From a virus: DNA of 43,592 nt. Made by a program: the position numbers and the translations under genes. Positions 34,821-43,480 of this stretch are shown here, one piece after another (within the stretch, counting starts at the first letter, position 1; each line of letters begins with the position of its first letter). Below the pieces are notes generated by a model. The model worked only from the letters and a program-made list of their open reading frames with translations. It was not told the DNA's origin and made no database searches. The stretch spans positions 1 through 43,592 of the IMG/VR virus record IMGVR_UViG_3300005573_000020. One strand, given 5' to 3'.

Positions 34821-35539
34821 AATTCTCAATTGTCGCTTTTAGGAGAAATCCTAATTGAAAAATTCCGTAAATTCAGGGAACATCTTAACTTAACAGTTAA
34901 GACAATCCTGAGCCAAGCCAGATTATATCTGGAAGGTGCAACGACCATAGACGGAACACCCTTCGGGGTGATGAGATGGCCTGAACTATGCAGTAATGCA
35001 TAGAGCAAGGTAGAAATATCCTTGCCTTACAACCCCTTATGCGTGATAATGAAAGAATATGCCAAGAAAAAAAGATTACAAAAAATATAGAGAACAAACA
35101 ATTAGATACAATAAAGAATGGGCGAAAAGAAACCCAGAAAAAGTGAAGGAATACAATAGAAAGTATCGTCAAACCGAAGCAAGAAAGAAAAGTGTAGAAA
35201 AATATGATAAATCAGAAAAAGGTAGAAAAAGGAGAAAGGAATGGTATAAAAGGACGGGAAAATATACAGAATATACGCATAAAAGAAGGGCTATAATCAA
35301 AAATCTTACAGAACATTTCACTTTGTCAGAATGGGAAGAATTGAAGAAAAAATGGAATTACAGATGTCTGGCCTGTGGCAAACAAGAGCCAGAAATAAGA
35401 TTGACCCCAGACCACATAATTCCATTAAAAGTAGGAGGTAAAAATACGATAGATAATATTCAACCTCTTTGTAGCAGATGCAATTCAAGAAAAAACATAA
35501 AGATTATTGATTATAGGTTAATTGTAAAGTAACAAATTG
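34821..35539 (+). mobile_element. Group I-like intron carrying an HNH homing-endonuclease ORF (predicted)
   Basis: P1 is CGAT(34817-20)/GTCG(34832-35) with a U-G wobble at the splice site. P10 is GATTGGGA(35540-47)/TCTCAATT(34824-31). The last intron nucleotide is G35539. Hairpins carry GAAA (twice), UUCG and GUAA loops. The HNH ORF is internal. Confidence 0.6.
35059..35532 (+). CDS. HNH homing endonuclease (intron-encoded)
   Basis: CLACGKQEPEIRLTPDHIIPLKVGGKNTIDNIQPLCSRCNSRKN is a classical HNH motif with flanking CxxC pairs. The N-terminal half is Lys/Arg-rich. Confidence 0.85.
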   Translation: MPRKKDYKKYREQTIRYNKEWAKRNPEKVKEYNRKYRQTEARKKSVEKYDKSEKGRKRRKEWYKRTGKYTEYTHKRRAIIKNLTEHFTLSEWEELKKKWNYRCLACGKQEPEIRLTPDHIIPLKVGGKNTIDNIQPLCSRCNSRKNIKIIDYRLIVK

Positions 35540-35629
35540 GATTGGGACTTCCGAAATCGAGCCGGATACGGCATCGTTATTGTGGGAGCAAATTGGATTC
35601 ATTTCTCTTCCGGTGATGCCACAGCATAA
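35540..35629 (+). CDS. Major capsid protein, exon 2 (predicted; 29 codons plus stop)
   Basis: Start-less ORF DWDFRNRAGYGIVIVGANWIHFSSGDATA* with beta-strand-like composition. It joins in frame to exon 1. Confidence 0.55.
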   Translation, partial: DWDFRNRAGYGIVIVGANWIHFSSGDATA

Positions 35630-35663
35630 TTGACAAAACAATAATAGAAATCCTTGTAGTAAA

Positions 35664-35695
35664 TCTCGTCAGCACATCGTGAATGGCTGACGAGA
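35664..35695 (+). other. Strong hairpin after the capsid gene (no U-tract)
   Basis: TCTCGTCAGC / GCTGACGAGA, 10 bp, 12-nt loop. Confidence 0.6.
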
Positions 35696-35704
35696 ATCAG
35701 AAAT

Positions 35705-35727
35705 CTTGCCCCCTAAAGCCGGGCAAG
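35705..35727 (+). other. Second hairpin after the capsid gene (no U-tract)
   Basis: CTTGCCC / GGGCAAG, 7 bp, 9-nt loop. Confidence 0.55.
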
Positions 35728-35778
35728 TAAATATAAGGCTAAAGGTCGACAACTTAATTAAACATAAAAAACAAACCT

Positions 35779-36774
35779 ATGTTCGAAAATCAACTTAGTA
35801 GATATGGTGCGATTGCAAAGGTTATCACGGATCTTGGACCAACCGGAAAAGTATTCTTTGCGGTAAGCAACAGTGATACAATTTACTCCGATTTCTTATA
35901 TGAATTTCCGAATGACAAAGATGGCGTACCTCGTGTTTATTCAACGATTCAAGGAGCACTTGACGCTTGCGTAGACGGTCGAGGCGATGTTGTTTTGGTT
36001 CTTCCAAGACAGGTTGACCAAACAGACACCGATCCGGGAGACTGGGCAGAAACATTGACAATGAATAAAGCAGGAGTTTCTCTTATCGGAATTTCCAATA
36101 ACAGAACCCAAGGAGGACTTCCTCAAATCAAAATGGGATCAGGCTCAACGGCACTCTTGACGGTGGCCGCTCCAGGATGCACGATTAAGAATCTTGGATT
36201 TAACGGTGCAGGTTCAACCGGAGGCGGAATACTTTTAGACGACGATGGATCAACTAAAACTGCCTGGGGAACGACGATTGAGAATTGTCATTTCAAGAAC
36301 TGCAAGGGTTCAAGTGCTACCAATGCTGCTACCGGCGGGGCAATTCAATGGGCTTCGACCGGTGGGGGTTGGCAAGTAAGGATTAAAGGATGCAGATTTT
36401 ACAAGAATGTCGGCGATATAGTATTGCTCGGCACTTCCGAATCGGTTCCGCAGGATGTTATCATAGAAGACAATATCTTTTCGGGACCCGCGGCAAGTGT
36501 TGACTGCAATCTCTATTTAGCTGGTGGTTCGGGAATGAACGGAGTAATTATCAGAAATAACGTATTCACCGCATTCCCCGCACTTTCTTCTGGAACCAAT
36601 CTTACCTTTATTGTCGCCACCGGATGTATTGGAAGTTTAACCGGCAATCACTTTGCTTCAAATGGGAAGACATTCGGAGCGGCTGGCGATGTTCTTATTC
36701 CAACCACTCTTTTGATGGCTGCAAACTATCAGGAAAAATCAACTTCTGGCAGTGGTGAAATCTTTAGAACATAA
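35779..36774 (+). CDS. Right-handed beta-helix (pectate-lyase-like) virion protein
   Basis: STIQGALDACVDGRGDVVLVLP is an entry motif typical of parallel beta-helix proteins. Repeated G-x-x-I/L-x-N rungs (IENCHFKNC, IKGCRFYKN, IEDNIFSG, IRNNVFT). Confidence 0.6.
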   Translation: MFENQLSRYGAIAKVITDLGPTGKVFFAVSNSDTIYSDFLYEFPNDKDGVPRVYSTIQGALDACVDGRGDVVLVLPRQVDQTDTDPGDWAETLTMNKAGVSLIGISNNRTQGGLPQIKMGSGSTALLTVAAPGCTIKNLGFNGAGSTGGGILLDDDGSTKTAWGTTIENCHFKNCKGSSATNAATGGAIQWASTGGGWQVRIKGCRFYKNVGDIVLLGTSESVPQDVIIEDNIFSGPAASVDCNLYLAGGSGMNGVIIRNNVFTAFPALSSGTNLTFIVATGCIGSLTGNHFASNGKTFGAAGDVLIPTTLLMAANYQEKSTSGSGEIFRT

Positions 36775-36794
36775 TTTTTCCTTGTAAATTCAGT

Positions 36795-36831
36795 TCTCTT
36801 TTGGTCTCTCTGAAAAAGTAGACCAAAGAGA
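36795..36831 (+). other. Hairpin (12 bp, one bulge) without a U-tract
   Basis: TCTCTTTTGGTCT / AGACCAAAGAGA with a 12-nt loop, 21 nt after the stop codon. Confidence 0.6.
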
Positions 36832-36852
36832 TAATTAACTTAATTTAAACCT

Positions 36853-36984
36853 ATGAAAAAGGAAGAAATAAAAGAGAAAAAAGAAAAAGCGAAAAAAGTA
36901 GGCACGGATAAAACCATAGAGCCCGAAGACGAAGCAAGCGACTATGGAGAATACCTTAAAATAAAAAGACAGAAAAAAGAATAA
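36853..36984 (+). CDS. Small Lys/Glu-rich protein (43 aa, below the ORF-track cutoff)
   Basis: aaacctATG context. MKKEEIKEKKEKAKKVGTDKTIEPEDEASDYGEYLKIKRQKKE. Confidence 0.35.
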   Translation: MKKEEIKEKKEKAKKVGTDKTIEPEDEASDYGEYLKIKRQKKE

Positions 36985-37004
36985 TTATTAATTAAAACAA
37001 AAAC

Positions 37005-37631
37005 ATGAAAGATATTGTAGAATATACAATTCTCGACAGGATTGGGATCCTGACCGCTAATTTTACTGCGGCCGTGACCAATGTTATCACTTCTGCTTCT
37101 CATGGACTGAAGAATGGCGACATGATAGTGTTGACCACTACCGGCACATTGCCGGCGGGATTGGAAACCGACACCGTTTATTATGTCCGTGATGCCACCA
37201 CAAATACATTCAAAGTCGCATTAACCCCAGAAGAACCGGAGGTAGATATTACCGACACCGGAACGGGAACACATACTTTTACCATGCACGATATTGGTAA
37301 GAGTATTTTTGTTGGCGATTTGAAACATGTTGAACTCAGCATAGATACTGCTGGAAACGCAGCAATGACCATTAAAGTTCAGACTTCAATTGCAGAAGAC
37401 TGCCCAGATTTCTCGGCTGCCCAAGCTTATGACAATTCTTGGGACTATGCTCAAATGGTTGACCTAGAAGACGGATCGCCAATAGACGGGGATACGGGCA
37501 TAACCTTTACCGGCACAGACGATCACAGACATGTTGAGGTAAACATCAACATGCAAAGATGGTTAAATGTAATCATCAGCGACTGGACGGCCGGAACGGT
37601 AACCGTAAAATTAATGGGTCGAGAAGACTAA
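37005..37631 (+). CDS. Virion structural protein (208 aa)
   Basis: ATG ORF in the tail/fibre block. No motif recognised. Confidence 0.55.
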   Translation: MKDIVEYTILDRIGILTANFTAAVTNVITSASHGLKNGDMIVLTTTGTLPAGLETDTVYYVRDATTNTFKVALTPEEPEVDITDTGTGTHTFTMHDIGKSIFVGDLKHVELSIDTAGNAAMTIKVQTSIAEDCPDFSAAQAYDNSWDYAQMVDLEDGSPIDGDTGITFTGTDDHRHVEVNINMQRWLNVIISDWTAGTVTVKLMGRED

Positions 37632-37632
37632 T

Positions 37633-38478
37633 ATGGCCAGAAGATCATTCGGCAAAAAAGAAAAATCCCCTCTTAAAGAAAAAAGGGGAGAAATACTTGG
37701 AAGCATAAACGAAGCCAGCTTGGAGTTGGAATCCAAGCAGAAGAGGATTGCCACTCTTAAAAAAGAAGAGAATAATTTGGCAATGCTTTCAGAAGCAAAA
37801 AGAAAAGAAATTGAATTTTTTGAAAAAAGAAGGAACGAATTAGATGCTCAATCCGAAGCCAAAAATATAGAAATCGCCAGATTAAAGAACGAAATTGCGA
37901 CAATCATAAAAAACAAGGAAGAAGAAGTGAAAAAGCTCAATATTCAGCAAGCCGGGCTGGAAGAATCGATAAAAAACGCAAAAAACGAGCTTCAGGACGT
38001 CGAAAAGAAGAAAGAGGGGGTATTGGGAGACATAGAGCAGGCAAAAGCAACCCAGAGCAAAATAACGGCTAATTTGGAGGATCTGATACAGAGGATTGAG
38101 GCGGAAACAAAGAGATTGGGCCATCTTTTGACCCAAAACGATACAGAAGAGAAAAAACTGGTATCTGTCAAGGGGGAAAATGAACAACAAAACACGATTC
38201 TTGCCGGAATAAAAAAGGAAATCACCGAGAAAAGTAGGGAATTGGAGGAAATAAACAAAAACATTATGCTGGGGAAAAGAGAATTGGAAGAGATCGGAAA
38301 GAAAAAGGAAGAGGGGCTGATGGGAATTGAAGATAAAATCAAAAAACTTGAAGAAAGAGAACGGCGAGTAAAAGCCCGCGAAGAATATGTAGAAGAATTT
38401 CATGACACCATAAACAAAAGAGTAAGGGTTGCACAAAGACACCTTGATAAACTCGGTATAAAAATTAATCTGCTATAA
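37633..38478 (+). CDS. Coiled-coil protein (281 aa)
   Basis: Continuous Lys/Glu/Leu heptad-like sequence. Starts 2 nt after the upstream stop. Confidence 0.55.
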   Translation: MARRSFGKKEKSPLKEKRGEILGSINEASLELESKQKRIATLKKEENNLAMLSEAKRKEIEFFEKRRNELDAQSEAKNIEIARLKNEIATIIKNKEEEVKKLNIQQAGLEESIKNAKNELQDVEKKKEGVLGDIEQAKATQSKITANLEDLIQRIEAETKRLGHLLTQNDTEEKKLVSVKGENEQQNTILAGIKKEITEKSRELEEINKNIMLGKRELEEIGKKKEEGLMGIEDKIKKLEERERRVKAREEYVEEFHDTINKRVRVAQRHLDKLGIKINLL

Positions 38479-38479
38479 A

Positions 38480-38752
38480 ATGTCAAGAACATTTGCTTCT
38501 AAACATGCTCTGGCTCAAGACCAGATAAGATATTTCATAACCGGAGAAATTCCAACCGGAGCAGTAGACGGGTCAAATAAAACCTTTACGCTTGCTTATA
38601 GCGTAGATTTAGACTACGCAGTAGATATATTTATCAATGGTCAAAGAATCACCGAAGACGACGATTATACGGTTTCCGGATCAACAATTACAATGGCTTA
38701 TGCTTATCCGGAAGGAACAACCATAAGGGTTAATTATCATCGATTACCATGA
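38480..38752 (+). CDS. Small structural protein (beta-sandwich-like; possible fibre adaptor)
   Basis: VDGSNKTFTLAY...IFINGQRITEDDDYTVSGSTITMAY...GTTIRVNY pattern, common at the N termini of phage fibre/adaptor proteins. Overlaps the fibre gene start. Confidence 0.5.
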   Translation: MSRTFASKHALAQDQIRYFITGEIPTGAVDGSNKTFTLAYSVDLDYAVDIFINGQRITEDDDYTVSGSTITMAYAYPEGTTIRVNYHRLP

Positions 38753-41349
38753 AAAAAATAATAATTTTTACAATTATCGGTGCGACAATTCTTGTAGCGG
38801 GATTTTACGCTGGAGGATGGATGGCCAAGAAGGAATCCAATACTCAAATCCCCGAAATAAATATTCCCAATCAAACATCTGATCAAACATTCGGAAGTAC
38901 GGTGCTTGCCCCATTCCAAGGGGGAACGGGAATTGCCTCCTATTCGGTAGGAGAAATGCTTTATGCTTCTGGACCAGCAACACTTTCAAGGTTATTGGCT
39001 TCGGGATCGGAAGGACAGGTTCTAAAAATGATAAGCGGAATTCCTACATGGGGAACCGATGAAACTGGAGCCGCTGGCGAAGTTCACGGACTTCTTAACT
39101 CTGATTATTTTAATGATGTTCTTACTGCCTCTGTTTCGCAGGGGTCTTTGATAATTGGCAATTCAACTCCAAAATGGAGCAAATTAGATATTGGGGCTTC
39201 GCAATCCTTTTTAATGAGCAACGGAACAACTGCCTTTTGGGCCGATTATGTAGATAAAGACACTACTTATACCGCAAGCAATCCATTGTCAATATCCGGT
39301 AGCAATATAATTTCAATAGATTACGCTTCTGCTTCTGGAGGAGGTTATCTCACTAATACTGACTGGACTACCTTTAACAACAAATGGGACGCATTGGGAG
39401 ACATATCTTTGACTAGAGGTTCTTTGATCAGGGGTAGTTCCGGAAATGTTGGAGAAGCATTAAGTATCGGAGCTTCCGGTTCTTTTGTCGGTTCAAACGG
39501 AACAGATACTTTATTTGTTAATCAAACTGGCAATTTAGAAATTTACGGAACTGCTTCAATCTCATCTACTTTATGGGTTGGAGGAGCAATAACGGGAAGC
39601 TTAAGCGGCAATGCTTCAACCGCAACCGCCTTGGCCGCCAATGGAGCAAATTGCCCGGAAGGACAATATCCTTTGGGGGTAGATGCAAGCGGAGCAGTAG
39701 AAAGTTGCACCGCTGATGCCAATACAACTTATACGGCTACAAACCCCTTAAGTTTAGTGGGAACCATCTTTTATATTGATTATGCTTCTTCATCGGGAGG
39801 AGGATATTTAAAGGCAAATGATTACTCGGACATCTTTGGTCACATTGCATCGGTCAACGAGCACATAAATTGGACACATTCAAGCAGTAGCTTTGAGACA
39901 GATAACACGGCATCTATTTCGGGTGCGATATATCTTGGAAGTCTTAAATCCTGCGATACGATTGATACGGATGCTAATGGATTACTCTCTTGCGGCACGG
40001 ATGCCACTGGGGCTGGTAGCAATACATACAACAATCCCCTTTCTTTGGTTGGAACTAATGTCTATATTGATTTAGCCTCAGCAAGCGGTGGAGGATATAT
40101 TTCATCTACTGATTGGACTACATTTAACAACAAACAGGCGGCAATTACCGATGGAACAAATCTAACTTTTTCCGGAACAACCCTAAATGTAGATGACCCC
40201 TTTACAATAGTAAATCTTAATACAACTCATGCTTCAATATCAGATGACCTTGAAGCAAACAAGGGACAATTCGCTTCGCTTTCTGCAACAACTCTTAATT
40301 TCCCCACAGATTCTATAACGGAAGCAAATATAAACTTTTCAACTACCTGTGGATCAGGAAACCATTTGTATATATCGGGAACCAATTTAGCTTGCGAGCA
40401 AGATGCGAATACTACTTATACCGCAACAAATCCTTTGAGTTTGGTGGGAACAGCTTTTAACATAGATTATGCCTCTGCTTCGGGCGGGGGATATTTAACA
40501 TACACCAATTGGGAAGATTTTAACGGCAAACTCTCGTCTTTAAGCATAGACACCTCTGCCGAACTTGCTACTATTCTGACAGACGAAACGGGAACTGCCG
40601 GCAAGGTCGTCTTCAGCACCTCTCCAGAATTTACCACTTCATTTACCACAACAGGAGCATTTGCTATCAATCCCGGCGGAGCCCTAACTATCGGAGACGG
40701 AGGCGATACTTTATATATCAATTCATCCGACTGGGATATTTCAATTACCGGAGATATGACGGGAATAGGAGCGATCACCGCAGATGGCTTGTTCACAGGA
40801 ACGCACGCTTCTCTTTCGGGAGATTTGGATATAGTCGGAGACCTTAATGTTGCCTCTGCTACTTTTGCTACTTTAATCGGAACATCGTCTATTCAGCTTC
40901 CAGCAGGAACTTCAATTACCTTAGACGCAAACGGTGAAGCAGGAGTTGATACCTCTGGTGGACAATTCAATTACTATTCAGACGAAGTGAATATCTTAAT
41001 GGCAACAATGAGCGTTGGGTTCAATCTTGGCTCTACTTCGTTTGAGGTTTCGCCAATCGCAAACTATCGTTTTGATGAACCGGTGACTATTGTTGAGATA
41101 GATTGTTTGGTTGATGGAGGAACATCACAGGTATTTGAAGTTGAAGAATGCGATGCCAATGGTGCAAACTGTGTGGATGTTGACTCTGCGATAACCTGTG
41201 GCACAACCAACACATCAGACGATGGTTCGCTTTCAAACCCAACTATAGACGCAGGAGACTGGATTCAGGCAAGTGTCTCACAGGGAGATACCACAGGAGA
41301 GGTAGATTGGCTTCTGATAACTATTTATTATAAATGGACGGCACAATAA
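38749..41349 (+). CDS. Tail fibre protein with four repeated modules
   Basis: N-terminal TM/anchor-like helix. The motif (N/D)TTYTA(T/S)NPLSLVGT...IDYAS(A/S)SGGGY(L/I)...(D/N)W..FN.K recurs near 39259, 39721, 40021 and 40408. Confidence 0.75.
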   Translation: MKKIIIFTIIGATILVAGFYAGGWMAKKESNTQIPEINIPNQTSDQTFGSTVLAPFQGGTGIASYSVGEMLYASGPATLSRLLASGSEGQVLKMISGIPTWGTDETGAAGEVHGLLNSDYFNDVLTASVSQGSLIIGNSTPKWSKLDIGASQSFLMSNGTTAFWADYVDKDTTYTASNPLSISGSNIISIDYASASGGGYLTNTDWTTFNNKWDALGDISLTRGSLIRGSSGNVGEALSIGASGSFVGSNGTDTLFVNQTGNLEIYGTASISSTLWVGGAITGSLSGNASTATALAANGANCPEGQYPLGVDASGAVESCTADANTTYTATNPLSLVGTIFYIDYASSSGGGYLKANDYSDIFGHIASVNEHINWTHSSSSFETDNTASISGAIYLGSLKSCDTIDTDANGLLSCGTDATGAGSNTYNNPLSLVGTNVYIDLASASGGGYISSTDWTTFNNKQAAITDGTNLTFSGTTLNVDDPFTIVNLNTTHASISDDLEANKGQFASLSATTLNFPTDSITEANINFSTTCGSGNHLYISGTNLACEQDANTTYTATNPLSLVGTAFNIDYASASGGGYLTYTNWEDFNGKLSSLSIDTSAELATILTDETGTAGKVVFSTSPEFTTSFTTTGAFAINPGGALTIGDGGDTLYINSSDWDISITGDMTGIGAITADGLFTGTHASLSGDLDIVGDLNVASATFATLIGTSSIQLPAGTSITLDANGEAGVDTSGGQFNYYSDEVNILMATMSVGFNLGSTSFEVSPIANYRFDEPVTIVEIDCLVDGGTSQVFEVEECDANGANCVDVDSAITCGTTNTSDDGSLSNPTIDAGDWIQASVSQGDTTGEVDWLLITIYYKWTAQ

Positions 41350-41350
41350 T

Positions 41351-43480
41351 ATGAAAAACATTCTACAATTTATTAAAAATCACGGCGGATATTGGTTCGG
41401 ACACTTGCCTTATATCAGACAGGCGATTGTTGCTATTGAAGATTGGATAAATAACAAGGGCAGACCGACTTGGGCTTGGAGGCATAAACTTGCTTGGGCA
41501 ATTCACTTGGCTACTGGAAATTCTATTTTTTACCTTGATTATGTCAATGGAAACGATTCTAACGATGGTTCTACTTGGGCTTTGGCTTGGAAAACCATCA
41601 CTAGTGGTGCTACGGCAGCAAGGATTGCTCCTGGCGATATTATCAGGATTGCTAAAAGTCCAGCACCGACCTCTATTGGAAATGCCACTTGGACTAACCT
41701 GTCAAAGACGGTTAGTTTGGCTTCGGCTCAAACTGCCAATATAGATAGGTGTGAAAGCGCTTGGACTGCTTCAACTAATGTTACAGCTACTACTTCAACA
41801 ACGAGAAAAGAAGGTAGTTATTCCGCGTCCCTTGCCATTGCCGCTGCCTTTACCACTGGTAAGGTTGCTTATAAATCCTTTTCCGCATTAAATTTGTCAA
41901 GTTACCAGAAAATTAGTTTTTGGATACAAAATAGTGCGGCAATCGCTTCGGCAACCGTTTTAAAGGTGGTTCTTTGTTCTGATACGACAGGAAATACTAT
42001 TGTTGATACTTTTTGGATACCAGCCATTCCTTCAACAAGCAGGTGGTTGCCCTTGACCCTTACAAAAGATGGTGGAGGAAACTTGGGGTCATCTATTCAG
42101 TCAATCGCTGTTTACGCTAATTCTGATCCAGGAACGATAACCCTACTGTTAGATGACTTTATCGCCTGCACTACTGACGGGCTTAATCTTCAAAGTTTGA
42201 TTTCTAAAAACTCTAATGAACAAGGTGGGACAGAGGGCTGGTATGGAATACAAAGCATAAATGGGACTACTGTTTTGCTGGATAATGACACAAATGTTGC
42301 AGCTAATGCTGGTAGGGGATATTCAGGAACTACGGAAACCGTAACCACTTATAAAAGGGAAACGATTCAAACTGCTTTGGCTTCGTCTTCTACAACAGCG
42401 GTTCAAGAAGTTCAAGATAGCGGAACTTCAGGAAACAATATACAATTTCAGGGTGGATATAATACTTCTACAACAGTTCAGGACGGCGAAACATTTTTTG
42501 ACGGGTTGAACGGAAATGGTTATGGACTTTATTTAAGTGGTAAATCCTATATTACTTTCAATTATCTTAATGTTTGTCGTTATAACTATGGGGTCTACTA
42601 CTCCAGCAGCAGCAACAACACCATCACTACTCTTTCAAATGCCAATAATAATAGCTACTATGGGGTCTGCTACTACAACAGCAGCAACAATTCCATCACT
42701 ACCCTTTCAAATGCTAATAATAACAGTTATGGGGTCTCCTACTCCAACAGCAGCAACAATTCCATCACTACCCTTTCAAATGCTAATAATAACAGTTATG
42801 GGGTCTACTACTCCAGCAGCAGCAACAACACCATCACTACCCTTTCAAATGCTAATAATAACGGTTATGGGGTTTACTACTACAACAGCAACAACAATAC
42901 TATCAAATCTTTATCAACTTCGGATAATGGAGCAACGGGAATTTATAATGATAAAGGAATAAATTATCTTTTTAATGCCTTAATTGCCGAAGCAACAGAA
43001 GTTTCAGGATATGCAAGTTTTGTCAATTCAAGGATTTTCTCAAACAAGCACGACCAAACCGCAGATAATCACGCAATCTTTACAGATGGAGGGCAGGTTC
43101 ATAGCACTACGGCAGTCAGGCATACAGCTTCGGGCATTGCTTGGAGAATAGATGTAACTTCAACAGATAGAAGTTCATTATATCCATTAGGTTTCAGCAT
43201 AGCCAAAATAGCTGTGGCGGCAGATAGTCAGGTAACAGTAAAAGCGTGGTTTAGAAGAACTAATACTGGAATTACGGGCAGGTTGATTTGTAAAGGCGGT
43301 CAAATTGCTGGGGTAAATAGCGATGTTTATGCCGATATGACAGCAGCAGCGGATACTTGGGAGGAATTAACAATAACATTTACCCCAACTGAAGCAGGAG
43401 TCGTGGAAATAGAAGCACAAGCTTGGGGGGGAACTACATACTCGGTCTATGTAGATGATATGACCATAACTCAAGCATAA
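41351..43480 (+). CDS. Tailspike-like protein with a parallel beta-helix repeat array
   Basis: YLDYVNGNDSNDGS...AWKTITSGA entry motif and an array of 23-aa rungs YGVYYSSSSNNTITTLSNANNNS. Confidence 0.7.
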   Translation: MKNILQFIKNHGGYWFGHLPYIRQAIVAIEDWINNKGRPTWAWRHKLAWAIHLATGNSIFYLDYVNGNDSNDGSTWALAWKTITSGATAARIAPGDIIRIAKSPAPTSIGNATWTNLSKTVSLASAQTANIDRCESAWTASTNVTATTSTTRKEGSYSASLAIAAAFTTGKVAYKSFSALNLSSYQKISFWIQNSAAIASATVLKVVLCSDTTGNTIVDTFWIPAIPSTSRWLPLTLTKDGGGNLGSSIQSIAVYANSDPGTITLLLDDFIACTTDGLNLQSLISKNSNEQGGTEGWYGIQSINGTTVLLDNDTNVAANAGRGYSGTTETVTTYKRETIQTALASSSTTAVQEVQDSGTSGNNIQFQGGYNTSTTVQDGETFFDGLNGNGYGLYLSGKSYITFNYLNVCRYNYGVYYSSSSNNTITTLSNANNNSYYGVCYYNSSNNSITTLSNANNNSYGVSYSNSSNNSITTLSNANNNSYGVYYSSSSNNTITTLSNANNNGYGVYYYNSNNNTIKSLSTSDNGATGIYNDKGINYLFNALIAEATEVSGYASFVNSRIFSNKHDQTADNHAIFTDGGQVHSTTAVRHTASGIAWRIDVTSTDRSSLYPLGFSIAKIAVAADSQVTVKAWFRRTNTGITGRLICKGGQIAGVNSDVYADMTAAADTWEELTITFTPTEAGVVEIEAQAWGGTTYSVYVDDMTITQA
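42589..42936 (+). repeat. Tandem 69-nt (one 72-nt) coding repeats, 5 units
   Basis: Units start at 42589, 42661, 42730, 42799 and 42868. Units 1 and 4, and units 2 and 3, share long identical stretches; unit 5 is diverged. Confidence 0.9.

Noticed and set aside
34821-35003. The 3' tail of track ORF 33900..35003 (NSQLSLLGEILIEKFRKFREHLNLTVKTILSQARLYLEGATTIDGTPFGVMRWPELCSNA) as the genuine capsid C terminus
   Set aside because: This stretch coincides exactly with the consecutive tetraloop hairpins, and its stop codon sits inside the GUAA hairpin. A better capsid-like C terminus lies start-less at 35540..35629. I treat the tail as read-through into an intron.
35631-35665. TTGACA at 35631 as a promoter
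   Set aside because: No acceptable -10 hexamer (TAnnnT) lies at 16-18 nt spacing.
37882-38442. Antisense ORFs here and elsewhere (for example 37992..38342, 31707..32153, 15069..15554, 27175..27573 and 4119..4460)
   Set aside because: All lie opposite long, well-supported + strand genes, mostly in Lys/Glu-rich or low-complexity regions that are naturally stop-poor on the complement. None has a recognisable motif, and no other minus-strand gene exists.
42589-42936. Tandem repeats as a CRISPR array
   Set aside because: The units are contiguous with no spacers, lie in frame within a long ORF, and encode beta-helix rungs.
42537-42962. 141-aa alternate-frame ORF (MGSTTPAAATTPS... repeats)
   Set aside because: It is an artefact of the stop-free tandem repeat read in another frame inside the tailspike gene.
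38749-43480. A diversity-generating retroelement targeting the fibre or spike genes
   Set aside because: No reverse transcriptase ORF occurs anywhere in the genome. I also found no template/variable repeat pair differing mainly at adenines.
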